Below, one piece after another: positions 35,882-45,682 of a stretch of DNA of 64,000 bases; the first letter of the stretch is position 1, and every line of letters starts with the position of its first letter. Source of the stretch: Anaerolineae bacterium (GTDB lineage: Bacteria > Chloroflexota > Anaerolineae > JAADDB01). Location: the NCBI GenBank assembly GCA_015490995.1, contig WFWT01000041.1, positions 1,056 through 65,055 on the forward strand. Direction: 5' to 3'. The position numbers and the translations under genes were made by a program. The notes beneath the pieces are model-generated. The model was not told where the DNA came from. It saw only the letters and a list, made by a program, of their open reading frames with translations, and did not search any database.

Positions 35882-38109
35882 GGTATCGGCTTACCCTTTC
35901 GCACGAGTTGCCATAAGGCCTGATCCCAAGGTTCACCGATGAAGACGAGCTGGCTGCCTGCGCTCTCTAATGCCTCCTGGACCGGGTCAGGCAAGGAAGG
36001 GGCAAGCACAACCACACGCCGGGCTTTACGGGCCACCGCAACCTCCGCGCCAACTTCGGGGGCGAAACGGGCCGTGTAGGCCAGCACCGCTGCAAATTCG
36101 GCCGAAGTTTCCGGAAGCCGTTCCACCCAAAGATACAGATCGTACACCTTCACCGGAGGTGTTTCCCGTTCCTGGGTAGTGGGGCGAAAGCGAACCCACA
36201 CCACTCGCCAGCCGTCCACCGGTACCGTCGCCCGTAGGCCCAGGCCCTCAGGTTCCACGTAATAGCGTCCGGCACCCAAGGGCGCGAATTCGCACACGTA
36301 AGGGCCGTATTCAGGTTTGGTCCCGGTGCGACGCACCGTGCCTTCCCACCCATCGGTCCAAAGGCGCACCGGCAGGTCCACCTTGCCCACTACCTCACAC
36401 CGCACCACACCAAACCCGGGACCAGGCCCGCCATCTTCCACCACCACGGTCCACTCTTCCGCGGGAGGCGGAGTGGGCACTTCCAGGGTAAGGGAAATTT
36501 CATTTGTGCCGTCCAGCACCAGGCCTTCCTGTCGGATGTCGGTCCCCTCAACGGTGAGGGTGTAGACGCCGGCAGGCAACCCGGAGAACTCGAACGTCTC
36601 GTCCGGCCGCACCGGAGTGTCCAAGCGCAACGCGGGCCCGGTCAACCGCACGCGCATGCCCGCGCCGCCCACCACTCGTCCGCTAATTCGACTCCGCCGG
36701 GGGGGAAGTGGCACCTCCGCCGTAAGGTCTAGGTTCACCTCGACGGGCTGAACACCATCCACCACAATGTCCGTACGGATAACCTCTGTGCCCTGGACCT
36801 GAAGGCGATACACACCGGCGGGTACCCCGTCGAAGATGAAACGCTCGTCGGCTTGTACCGTGGTTTCCGCACGATACGCGCTGCCCTGAAGGGACAAGGT
36901 GTAACCCGCGCCGCCCTTCACACGCCCCCACACCCGTGATCCCTTTCCTTCCGGCGGCAACACCGCGTTTCCCCGAGGCTGCCAAAGCCGCTTTGGCAAG
37001 GCGCGCAGCGCATCAACCACAGGTAAACGCCCTTCCGGCCACCGGTCACTGAACCAGGCATGACCTTCCCATTGAGATGGGCCTCCTAACACTTGACTGC
37101 CCAAAACCCAGAACGCGGTGCAGAAATAGTAATCAGGGGCGGGAGGAAACTGCTCGCTGGTGCCCATCATGATGCGACACATTTCCACCACCTTGTCCCG
37201 GTGAATGGCAGGCGTGGTGGTTGGATAACGGGGGTCCGGATCTTCGCCCACCAGGGGACCGTTTTCGGTACTGAGGATGGGGATATGATACCCCAGGTGC
37301 TGGAGGCTGCGTTGAGCGAAGTACTCGTAAGCCAACCAGGAGGTGTTATCGTCCTGCAGGGTGGCGCCGGGATTTTTACCGTTCTCCCGGTGCTGGTTCA
37401 CAAACTCCAGAGAACGACGCCCCCACGTGGGCCCTTCCCACGCCTCAGGGCCGAGGGCTTCGTACTCTTCAGGGGTCAGCGGGCGCCCTTCCTGGTTGAC
37501 CGGGTCATAGGGATAATCCAGAGGATGATTGATGTCGTAGTTGTGAACAGCCCACCAAGCACCGGCCTCCAAGAGATCGCGCCCTCCCTCAGCGATAATG
37601 GCCCCCATAAGGTCCCAACGACTGCTGACAGCCACCGCGGGAATGGCAGGCAATCCACCTCGGTTGAGAATGGTCTCCATGTCCCGGAGCGCGTTGCGGG
37701 CCACAATGCGCATGGCCTCCTGGGGGTCAGGGGGCATGGGAGTGCGCCACTCCCCGCCCAGGTCCGGCTCATTGTTGAACTCGAAGTATCGTACCCCTGC
37801 CTGAACGAAGGCCTCCAGGGCTTGAATTTCCTCGGGACCCAACGTCCCTTCCCCTGGTGCGGGATCCGAGCTGTTGGGTTGGGGACGGTACAGCCGCACG
37901 ACGGGCATAATGTCGTGTTCGAGCAAGAGCTCTGCAACGCTAAGCCCCCCAGGGTGCAACAATTTCACCCACGAAACCCCCATCTCTTTCAACAGGGGAA
38001 TCCACCGCTCGCGGATGGTGGTGATACCCACCGCGTCGCTGATACCCGGCGACCAGTGCACACCGATACGTGTGTCCTGCGGTGGTCGTGGATAGGCATC
38101 CAAACGCAC
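35878..38109 (-). CDS. hypothetical multidomain protein: clan GH-A-like TIM barrel plus two CarboxypepD_reg-like domains
   Basis: 743 aa, GTG start with AAGGAG upstream, no signal peptide. FEFNNEPDL and ILSTENGP motifs. Two segments, FIFDGVPAGVYRLQVQG and FEFSGLPAGVYTLTVEG. Confidence 0.55.
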   Translation of the reverse strand: MRLDAYPRPPQDTRIGVHWSPGISDAVGITTIRERWIPLLKEMGVSWVKLLHPGGLSVAELLLEHDIMPVVRLYRPQPNSSDPAPGEGTLGPEEIQALEAFVQAGVRYFEFNNEPDLGGEWRTPMPPDPQEAMRIVARNALRDMETILNRGGLPAIPAVAVSSRWDLMGAIIAEGGRDLLEAGAWWAVHNYDINHPLDYPYDPVNQEGRPLTPEEYEALGPEAWEGPTWGRRSLEFVNQHRENGKNPGATLQDDNTSWLAYEYFAQRSLQHLGYHIPILSTENGPLVGEDPDPRYPTTTPAIHRDKVVEMCRIMMGTSEQFPPAPDYYFCTAFWVLGSQVLGGPSQWEGHAWFSDRWPEGRLPVVDALRALPKRLWQPRGNAVLPPEGKGSRVWGRVKGGAGYTLSLQGSAYRAETTVQADERFIFDGVPAGVYRLQVQGTEVIRTDIVVDGVQPVEVNLDLTAEVPLPPRRSRISGRVVGGAGMRVRLTGPALRLDTPVRPDETFEFSGLPAGVYTLTVEGTDIRQEGLVLDGTNEISLTLEVPTPPPAEEWTVVVEDGGPGPGFGVVRCEVVGKVDLPVRLWTDGWEGTVRRTGTKPEYGPYVCEFAPLGAGRYYVEPEGLGLRATVPVDGWRVVWVRFRPTTQERETPPVKVYDLYLWVERLPETSAEFAAVLAYTARFAPEVGAEVAVARKARRVVVLAPSLPDPVQEALESAGSQLVFIGEPWDQALWQLVRKGKPIP

Positions 38110-38127
38110 GACAACGACTCCTTGGGA

Positions 38128-39414
38128 CTACGATGCAGGTTCGGGCGACGTGCTCAGAGCGGCCCGAAGCCAGGTCACCACGTCGGTCAATGGCACCTCC
38201 GTCTGTTGACCGGTACGCATATCCCGCACCGTTACCGCGCCCCGTGCGACTTCACCCTCGCCCACAATGATGGTGTAAGCTACACCCAAGCGGTTGGCCT
38301 CTCGCATTTGACTCTTCAAGCTACGGTCACCAAAAGCCAACCACGTGGCGATCCCGGCCTGACGTAACTGTGCACTGAGCTGCACTGCGGTCGCCTTGGT
38401 GCTGCTCATGTGGGCCACCAGCACGTGCAAGGGGGGCAAAGGGGGGGGCGTGATGCCCTGGGCCTTCATGGCCAGGATGATGCGCTCCCACCCCGCGCCG
38501 AAGCCAATCCCCGGCACCGAAGGTCCTCCCAGCTCGGCCACCAGGCCGTCATAACGCCCTCCACCACAAATGGCTGCCTGAGCACCAATGCCTTCTGCCC
38601 AAATCTCAAAAACGGTCTTGGTGTAATAATCCAGCCCCCGTACCAGCCGAGGGTTCAACACGTACGAAAGACCGGCCGCATCAAGGTACGCGCGCAGGGT
38701 GTGGAAGTGCGTCCGACAATCGTCACAAAGGTAATCCAGGATTTTAGGCGCGGCCATGATGACCGGCTGACACTGGTCGGCCTTGCAATCCAGTACGCGC
38801 AGCGGGTTGCGCTGCAGGCGACGCTTACAATCCGCGTCAATCTCGTCATAGTGCTCCAGGTAATACGCCTTCAACGCTTCCACGTACCGCGGGCGACACG
38901 CAGGACAACCGGTGCTGTTCAACTGGAAGTACAGATGTTGAAACCCCAGCTGCCGGAAGAGGTGATAAGCCAGGTGCAACACTTCGAAATCCAGCGCGGG
39001 GTCCTCCTCGCCAAACGCTTCCACACTCACCTGGGTATGCTGTCGATATCGACCGGCCTGGGGGCGTTCATATCGGAAGACCGGTCCAATGGCGTACAGC
39101 TTTACAGGCTGGGGCTGTTTGTACAGGTGGTGCTCCACATAGGCACGGGCGATACCCGCAGTAAATTCCGGACGCAGAGTGAGGCTATCATTCCCCTTGT
39201 CCTGAAAGGTGTACATCTCCTTCTCCACAATATCGGTACCCTCCCCCACGCCCCGGACGTACAGCTCGGTGTGTTCAAAGACGGGTACATCGATCTGTTC
39301 GTACCCGTACAAGTGCATGACCTCATGAACCGTGTGTTCCAGATAACGCCAGTACGGTCGTTCCGCAGGTAAAATATCCAGCGTGCCTGTGGGTCGCTGG
39401 TATCTGGAGGTCAC
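38128..39414 (-). CDS. hisS: histidine--tRNA ligase
   Basis: 428 aa, GTG start with AGGAGG upstream. Class II motifs (GTLDILP, FRYERPQAGRYRQH, GGGRYDGL). Confidence 0.9.
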   Translation of the reverse strand: MTSRYQRPTGTLDILPAERPYWRYLEHTVHEVMHLYGYEQIDVPVFEHTELYVRGVGEGTDIVEKEMYTFQDKGNDSLTLRPEFTAGIARAYVEHHLYKQPQPVKLYAIGPVFRYERPQAGRYRQHTQVSVEAFGEEDPALDFEVLHLAYHLFRQLGFQHLYFQLNSTGCPACRPRYVEALKAYYLEHYDEIDADCKRRLQRNPLRVLDCKADQCQPVIMAAPKILDYLCDDCRTHFHTLRAYLDAAGLSYVLNPRLVRGLDYYTKTVFEIWAEGIGAQAAICGGGRYDGLVAELGGPSVPGIGFGAGWERIILAMKAQGITPPPLPPLHVLVAHMSSTKATAVQLSAQLRQAGIATWLAFGDRSLKSQMREANRLGVAYTIIVGEGEVARGAVTVRDMRTGQQTEVPLTDVVTWLRAALSTSPEPAS

Positions 39415-39736
39415 AGCTCCTCCTCTCTTTTCCTCGTGTGCCGTTCACGCGCATTACCGCGACGAACGGCTTGTGATAACGTCCCGGATACCGGTGTTGC
39501 TGGATTATAAGCCGAGCTTTAGGGATGAGGGAAACGGGGAAGGGCAGTTGCGCCGGGAGCCATGAGCGGCCTGATATCACCACAGGAAGGGGAGAAAATA
39601 AGGGTGATTGACGACACCTCGCCATTGCTCGACAGAGGAGTCTCCCCGCCCCCCCTCAAACCAGGTTGGCTATCAGGCTACGCGCATTTGCCGCCCCCGA
39701 GAATTCGAGTACTATGGGGTATCGTGGAACCCGGGC

Positions 39737-39778
39737 GCGGAACGAGTCCGAACAGCCTCGTTCCGCATCTGTTTTCCC
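39737..39778 (+). terminator. rho-independent terminator-like hairpin with no upstream plus-strand gene
   Basis: GCGGAACGAG (39737-39746), 10-nt loop, CTCGTTCCGC (39757-39766), then ATCTGTTTTCCC. Confidence 0.55.
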
Positions 39779-39877
39779 GACGGCCCTACAACACGTCAAC
39801 CGTGACCTGACAACCACTACTTATGTGTTGAGTTGTCAAGGTCCCAACAGGCACAACCAAGGAGGCAAGAGCATCTA

Positions 39878-40099
39878 ATGAACCAAGAAACTCTTGTTCA
39901 AGAAATTCGTCAGCTGGCAGAAGAGGCAGAAGCGTTGCGGAAGGAACTTGCCCATTACTGGAGCCCGGAAGGGGAAAACGTTTCTCAGCTGGAAATCTTC
40001 ATCGACCCCGATCTCTTCCAGTACATTCAGCGGATGTACACGAAAACCCAGGAGTTCCTGGAACGGGTGGCCGCGTTGAAGCGTCACGTGGACGCATAG
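39878..40099 (+). CDS. small hypothetical protein (73 aa, helical, acidic)
   Basis: ATG at 39878, with AAGGAGG 12 nt upstream. Visibly lower GC than its surroundings. Ends 8 nt before the glycosylphosphotransferase gene. A TTG at 39833 is an alternative start. Confidence 0.5.
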   Translation: MNQETLVQEIRQLAEEAEALRKELAHYWSPEGENVSQLEIFIDPDLFQYIQRMYTKTQEFLERVAALKRHVDA

Positions 40100-40107
40100 G
40101 AGTTCCC

Positions 40108-41523
40108 ATGCGGGGACGTCACACGACCAATTATACCCTTTACCTGTTCCTTTGCGACCTGATATTAACCGTGCTGGCGCTGTACAGCGCGTATGAGGCA
40201 CGGGTTGTCTTGCCCTGGGGGGGTGTACTGCGCCCTGAAGACATTATCATGCCTACCTGGCTTTATGGCGTGGCCGTGACCCTCTGGGCCGTCATTTTCA
40301 CCTTCCTGGCGGTATATGACACGTCCTACACCCGCCGGTGGCTGGATGAAATTCAGCATCTGTTGGTGGCAGAAGGGGCCGCGGGCCTCACCTTCGCCGG
40401 CACTCTTTACATGACCGTGCGCGACGTACCGCGACTTCTCTTCGTGTACTTCGTGATGTTCCATGTCCTGCTCCTCCTTGTGCACCGAGGAGCCCTCCGG
40501 TTGATCTTCCGATACGCCGGCCCACAACAACGAGACACGACCCGAGTTCTCATCGTGGGCACAGGCCCCTTGGCCCAGAAAGTGGCCCAGCACATCCGGG
40601 CCCTGCACCATACCGGCATGGAGCTGGTTGGCTGCATCACAGATCACACCACGAAAGCCTCCTCCCTACAGGGGGTCCCTATTCTAGGACGTCTCCAAGA
40701 CATCATCCGCGTGATCCAGCACCAACGCATCGATGAAGTTATCATCGCCTTGCCCCGACACGCCCAAGCCGGGCTGGTGCCCCTGGTACATCAACTGTAC
40801 ACCTTGCCCGTGCGGGTACGGGTAGTCCCCGACTTGCTGGATTTGAGCATCTCTCGAGGCGCGGTGGAAACTTTGGACGGTCTGCTGCTGGTGGGCTTAA
40901 ACGAATCGCCCATCGAGGGTTATTACCGGTTGGTCAAACGGTTCATGGACGTCATTCTCGCGCTGGCTATGCTCATCGTCGTCTCACCCCTCATGGCCCT
41001 CATCGCGCTGGCCATTAAAGTCACCTCCCCGGACGGACCGATCATTTTCAAACAACTACGGGTAGGGGAGAACGGACGGCTGTTCTACATGTACAAGTTC
41101 CGCACTATGGTACCCGACGCAGAGGCACGTCTGGACCAGGTGATGCGCCGACTGCCCGACGGGACGGTCATCTACAAAAGTGAGGATGACCCCCGCGTCC
41201 TGCCTCTCGGCCGCTTTCTCCGCAAATACAGCCTGGATGAGCTTCCCCAGCTCATCAACGTTCTCAAGGGGGATATGAGCTTGGTAGGCCCCCGACCGGA
41301 AATTCCGCAGATGCTACCGTACTATCACGCGTGGCAATGGCGCCGTTTCACCGTACCCCCGGGAATCACCGGGTGGTGGCAGATCAACGGCCGGGCAGAC
41401 AAACCCATGCACCTCCATACCGAGTACGACCTTTACTATATCACCCATTACTCTCCCCTGCTGGACCTTCGCATCCTCTGGCGGACGATTGGGGTAGTGC
41501 TGCGGGGGCGTGGCGCTTACTGA
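40108..41523 (+). CDS. polyprenyl glycosylphosphotransferase (bacterial sugar transferase, WbaP/WcaJ-like)
   Basis: 471 aa. N-terminal TM bundle, Rossmann-like middle, C-terminal KRFMDV...KFRTM...[21 protein letters not shown] catalytic domain. Confidence 0.85.
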   Translation: MRGRHTTNYTLYLFLCDLILTVLALYSAYEARVVLPWGGVLRPEDIIMPTWLYGVAVTLWAVIFTFLAVYDTSYTRRWLDEIQHLLVAEGAAGLTFAGTLYMTVRDVPRLLFVYFVMFHVLLLLVHRGALRLIFRYAGPQQRDTTRVLIVGTGPLAQKVAQHIRALHHTGMELVGCITDHTTKASSLQGVPILGRLQDIIRVIQHQRIDEVIIALPRHAQAGLVPLVHQLYTLPVRVRVVPDLLDLSISRGAVETLDGLLLVGLNESPIEGYYRLVKRFMDVILALAMLIVVSPLMALIALAIKVTSPDGPIIFKQLRVGENGRLFYMYKFRTMVPDAEARLDQVMRRLPDGTVIYKSEDDPRVLPLGRFLRKYSLDELPQLINVLKGDMSLVGPRPEIPQMLPYYHAWQWRRFTVPPGITGWWQINGRADKPMHLHTEYDLYYITHYSPLLDLRILWRTIGVVLRGRGAY

Positions 41524-42812
41524 GGCCCGACCTGGTCCATCACCAGACCGGCCGGTAACTTAGGATAGAAGTACGTCGCCTTGGGAGGGGCCACCTGTCC
41601 TGCCTCGGCAATAGCCCGCAGCTGGTCTATACTGGTCGGCGCCACCAGGGCTACCATATCCCACCGGCCTGACCGCACCTCACGCACCAAGCGAGCTGCA
41701 TCCGGGCTGTAGGACACCCACTGTTTTTGGGCATCCGGCGCTTCGGGGATGCCCAACACCGGCCCCAAAATAAAGTGCTGCAGATGATAAACCGTCAGGT
41801 GGGCCACAAACGAAGACATCGTGCCCAACATGTGCAACACGGGGGACGTCGTCAGGCGGAGGCGGAGGCGGTAGGCCGGGCCGGTGGGAAAGACCAACGC
41901 GAGGGCCGGCTCTCCAGGGGTACGACGAAGCACCCATTGCATCAAAACGGTATCATCGTACACCGGTTCCACAGTGTACGCCCGGGCCGCTGCGGCCAGC
42001 ACCTGAGAGGGAGACACCGGTCGCGGATTGCGTATCGCCCGGTGTGTGGGAAGAATCACCACCCCACTTTGCTCCATCGCCGTCGCATACGCCAGCACGT
42101 AGTCAAACGGCGGATCGGACGGCAGATGTCCGACCTGTTGGCGACACCACCGCCGGTACGCTAACGCCGTTTCGTACCGGTGATGTCCGTCCGCGACGTA
42201 AAACACCCGTCCCCGCAGAAGGTGCTGTATCGCATCGACCCAATCCGGCCGTGTCACCCGCCACAACGTGTGTGTGACCCCATCGTCATCGGTGAACGTT
42301 GCGACAGGCATTTCTGTCACCATTGTGTTCAGAAGGGCCTCCGTCAGACCCTCCGGGTCCGAATACAGGAGAAAAATGGGACTGAAATGGACCCCCGTGG
42401 CCTTTAGCAAGGCCAATCGATCCGCCTTCGCGGTGGGGAACGTTCGCTCATGCGGCAGGATGCCCTCACCCCAGGGACGCAGGGCGAAGCGACCTATGAT
42501 CCCCACCCGCACGTGACGCCCACCGTGAGGCACGGAAAATTCCTGGCGCAACACGTAAAACCCAGGCGCCTCATCCCGCCGCAGCACCCCGGCCTGCTGC
42601 CACGCCCGCCACCGGTGGGCTGCAGCCGTGTAAGGATCGGGAGGGTCCCCGGGCAGGGCAGCCACGTGGGGCAAGATAACCCGCACCACGTTGTACGGGT
42701 GCCGGAAGAAAAAGCGCTGCTGGGCCTCCGGACCGATAACGTCGTATGGCGGAGTAATGACGTCCGCCAAGGGAAGCTCAGGAGCAAAACGCCACCCCTG
42801 AAAAGGCACCAT
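41517..42812 (-). CDS. DUF1015 domain protein
   Basis: The ORF track gives 41517..42881. I prefer the ATG at 42812, with GAGGTGG 8 nt upstream, giving MVPFQGWRF. PPYDVI and VADGHHRYETALAY motifs. Confidence 0.75.
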   Translation of the reverse strand: MVPFQGWRFAPELPLADVITPPYDVIGPEAQQRFFFRHPYNVVRVILPHVAALPGDPPDPYTAAAHRWRAWQQAGVLRRDEAPGFYVLRQEFSVPHGGRHVRVGIIGRFALRPWGEGILPHERTFPTAKADRLALLKATGVHFSPIFLLYSDPEGLTEALLNTMVTEMPVATFTDDDGVTHTLWRVTRPDWVDAIQHLLRGRVFYVADGHHRYETALAYRRWCRQQVGHLPSDPPFDYVLAYATAMEQSGVVILPTHRAIRNPRPVSPSQVLAAAARAYTVEPVYDDTVLMQWVLRRTPGEPALALVFPTGPAYRLRLRLTTSPVLHMLGTMSSFVAHLTVYHLQHFILGPVLGIPEAPDAQKQWVSYSPDAARLVREVRSGRWDMVALVAPTSIDQLRAIAEAGQVAPPKATYFYPKLPAGLVMDQVGPQ

Positions 42813-42914
42813 CCGGGTGGCCACCTCAGCGACCGTCGCGGACCGAACAACCTGTGACCGGAGACCTTTCCCCCTCGTCATAGCGTTTCCTCCTCCGCCC
42901 CCTCAAGGGAAACA

Positions 42915-44030
42915 TCACAGGGTGGTGGCCGGATGAGGCTGGAATGCCTCCAAGGAGGCAGTGTCGACAAACTCGTCCAGATACCCTAACGTGAGCGCCA
43001 ATTCCGCGTTGAGCAACGATGCTCCGGCCGCTCCCCGAACCGTGTTGTGCCCCAGAAGAACGAACTTGTAATCCAGAACAGGATCGGGCCGCAAGCGGCC
43101 GACCGTCGTGGCCATGCCGTTGCCCGCGTTGCGGTCCAACCGGGGTTGAGGGCGATCGGGTTCCTCCCGCAAAATAATGGCCGGTTGAGGCGCGGTGGGC
43201 AGTCCCAGGCGCTGAGGCACCCCCTGAAATGTACGCAGGGTATGGGCCACCTCCTCCAAGGAGGCCCGAGTCCGTAATTTGACTACCACCGCCTCCGTGT
43301 GACCGTCCACCACAGGCACTCGATGCACGGCCGCGCTGATGGCAAAGCGGGCCGGTTCAACGTGCTGATGCACCAAAGTGCCCAACAACTTCAAGGGCTC
43401 CCGCTCTATCTTTTCTTCCTCGCCGGGAATATAAGGGATCAGATTGTCCACGATGTCCAGGGAAGCCACTCCCGGATAACCGGCACCACTCACCGCCTGC
43501 AACGTGGTGACAAAGACCTGTTCCAAACCAAAAGCGTCATGTAACGGCTTCAGGGCACAGACCAGATGGATAGTGGAGCAGTTCGGGTTCGTGACCACAA
43601 ACCCCTTCCACCCGCGGCGTTCCTGCTGCACGCGAATCAACGCCAGGTGTTCCGGGTTAACTTCCGGGATCACCAAAGGAACATCCGGTTCCATGCGCAA
43701 GGCTGAGGCATTGGAGAACACCGGAAACCCGGCGGCCGCGAACTGTGGTTCCAGCTCACGGGCAGCCCCGGACGGCAAGGCCGAAAACACCATCTCACAC
43801 CGACCTTGCAGGGCATCCGGCGTGCCCGCCGCCACCACCATGTCCTTCACTTCCGGGGGGATGGGGGTGTCCAGAATCCAGTGCACTACCTCGCCGTACG
43901 CCTTGCCGGCCGAACGCTCTGAACCCGCCAGCACGGCGATTTCAAACCATGGATGGTTCGCCAGCATTTGCACAAAACGCTGTCCCACCGGTCCTGTCGC
44001 GCCCAGGATGCCCACGCGCACTTTGCCCAT
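42915..44030 (-). CDS. asd: aspartate-semialdehyde dehydrogenase
   Basis: Start set at ATG 44030, with GGAGGTG upstream. VRVGILGATGPVGQRF and NPNCSTIH active-site region. Confidence 0.85.
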   Translation of the reverse strand: MGKVRVGILGATGPVGQRFVQMLANHPWFEIAVLAGSERSAGKAYGEVVHWILDTPIPPEVKDMVVAAGTPDALQGRCEMVFSALPSGAARELEPQFAAAGFPVFSNASALRMEPDVPLVIPEVNPEHLALIRVQQERRGWKGFVVTNPNCSTIHLVCALKPLHDAFGLEQVFVTTLQAVSGAGYPGVASLDIVDNLIPYIPGEEEKIEREPLKLLGTLVHQHVEPARFAISAAVHRVPVVDGHTEAVVVKLRTRASLEEVAHTLRTFQGVPQRLGLPTAPQPAIILREEPDRPQPRLDRNAGNGMATTVGRLRPDPVLDYKFVLLGHNTVRGAAGASLLNAELALTLGYLDEFVDTASLEAFQPHPATTL

Positions 44031-44433
44031 CACGTCACCTCCCCTCCAGGTATCCTGTCCTCCCTGCTGGAACGGCATCACATCACCGCGGTTGTCTGAC
44101 AACCGGCGCAGCCAACAAAAAGCGCCCAGGGACGCGGCTGTGCGTACCTGGGCGCAATGCGTTGCCCTGATATTCGCTTGACAACGTTATCCACCCACGC
44201 CGGAGACCCTGAGAATGGCCCACCGGCGATGGAACGGGATAGAGTATAGCGGAAGGGAACGGAGACGTCAAACGTATCCTCCCCGTTTGTACTCCCAGTT
44301 TCTCCCGGCCCTCTCCCTCATCGGGCCCAGCCCCATTCCCCGTCCTGCCAAATTTGACGGGGGTATGCCCTCTGTGGATGATGGAGGAGAGGCAATACGA
44401 ATGTGGGTCGGAGAGGGGCAGAGGAGAACGTTC

Positions 44434-45660
44434 ATGAGCACGGAAGCTTACCTGATCGTGCATTACGGTGAAGTAGGCACCAAGGGGCAAAACCGCCCCC
44501 GGTTCATCCGCGCCCTAGCCCGCAACGTCGCCCAACGCCTAGAAGGGTTGGACGTCCACCCCGAACGGAAACGGTCGGGGCGCATTGTTTTCCGGTTAGG
44601 GCCACGCGCGCGCTGGGAGGACATTGCTCCCCGATTGCGCACCGTCTTCGGCATCGCTTACTTTGCCCGGGCATGGCGCGTGCCCCTGGACATGGAAGCT
44701 CTCGAGAAAGCCGTGCTGGCCCACCTCCCGCGGCGTGAGCACGCGACCTTTGCCGTCCGTGCCCGGCGGGCGCACAAGGGGTTTCCTCTGACCTCCGCGG
44801 ACATCAACCGTCGGCTAGGGGGAGCCATCGCCCGTGCCACCGGCTGGCAGGTCAACCTGGACTCCCCGGACGTGCCGATCCACGTCGAGGTGCTTTTCAA
44901 TGAGATCTTCTTCTACTTTCACAAGGAACCCGGACCGGGAGGGTTGCCGGTCGGTGTGAGCGGCAAGGTGGTCAACCTGCTCTCCGGGGGCATTGATTCC
45001 CCCGTCGCAGCATGGCGGATGTTGAAGCGGGGATGTGAGGTCATCAACGTACACTTCCACGGCCAGCCTTTAGTCACCCAGGCATCCGAAGTCAAGGCCA
45101 TAGAGATTACCCGGGTGCTCACCGAGTGGGGTGCCTCCCCCCGGCTGTACAGCGTCCCTATCGGCGCGATTCAAGCGGAAATCATGAAAACCACCCCGCC
45201 CGCGTACCGGGTGGTTCTCTACCGACGCTTAATGATTCGGGTCGCGCAGGAGATCGCGCGGCGAGAAGGCGCGTTGGCCTTGGTTACGGGCGAGAGTGTG
45301 GGACAGGTCGCGTCGCAGACGTTGCACAACCTTTACGTGATTAACGCCGTAGCAGAGCTACCCATCTTACGCCCGCTCATCGGCATGGACAAAGCGGAGA
45401 TTATCGCCCAGGCAGAGCAGGTGGGCACCCTGGCCCTCTCGAGCCTGCCCGGCGAGGATTGCTGCACCCTTTTTACACCCAAACACCCTGTCACCGCGGC
45501 CAAGCTCTCCGAGGTGGAGGCGATCGAAGCACAGCAGCCGTGGGAGGAATGGGTCACTCAGGCCCTCACAAGAACGCAGGTTATCGACGTTCACACCTCG
45601 CCGGTAGACGCACTGCAGTTCTGGCCCGACCGCATTGACCAGTTACTTAAGGTCGGATGA
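44434..45660 (+). CDS. thiI: tRNA 4-thiouridine synthase (tRNA sulfurtransferase)
   Basis: Start set at ATG 44434, with GAGGAG upstream. THUMP-type N-terminus (HYGEVGTKGQNRP) and PP-loop LLSGGIDSPVAAW. Confidence 0.85.
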   Translation: MSTEAYLIVHYGEVGTKGQNRPRFIRALARNVAQRLEGLDVHPERKRSGRIVFRLGPRARWEDIAPRLRTVFGIAYFARAWRVPLDMEALEKAVLAHLPRREHATFAVRARRAHKGFPLTSADINRRLGGAIARATGWQVNLDSPDVPIHVEVLFNEIFFYFHKEPGPGGLPVGVSGKVVNLLSGGIDSPVAAWRMLKRGCEVINVHFHGQPLVTQASEVKAIEITRVLTEWGASPRLYSVPIGAIQAEIMKTTPPAYRVVLYRRLMIRVAQEIARREGALALVTGESVGQVASQTLHNLYVINAVAELPILRPLIGMDKAEIIAQAEQVGTLALSSLPGEDCCTLFTPKHPVTAAKLSEVEAIEAQQPWEEWVTQALTRTQVIDVHTSPVDALQFWPDRIDQLLKVG

Positions 45661-45682
45661 GCTGAGAAGGGAAGGGCAGCCC

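Noticed and set aside
39415-39700. Possible T-box leader upstream of hisS (minus strand)
   Set aside because: I reverse-complemented the region. A perfect TATAAT (complement of 39504-39509) leaves only an ~83 nt UTR with one imperfect hairpin (CCGTTC...GAACGG, 39441-39470). There is no GGUGGUACCGCG-type T-box sequence and no specifier-loop/AGAGA/GNUGGA features.
44093-44103. 11-mer TGTCTGACAAC shared between the asd upstream palindrome and the BMP promoter region (50394-50404)
   Set aside because: The symmetry axes differ in the two sites. One shared 11-mer among a few kb of intergenic DNA on two strands is roughly what chance predicts.
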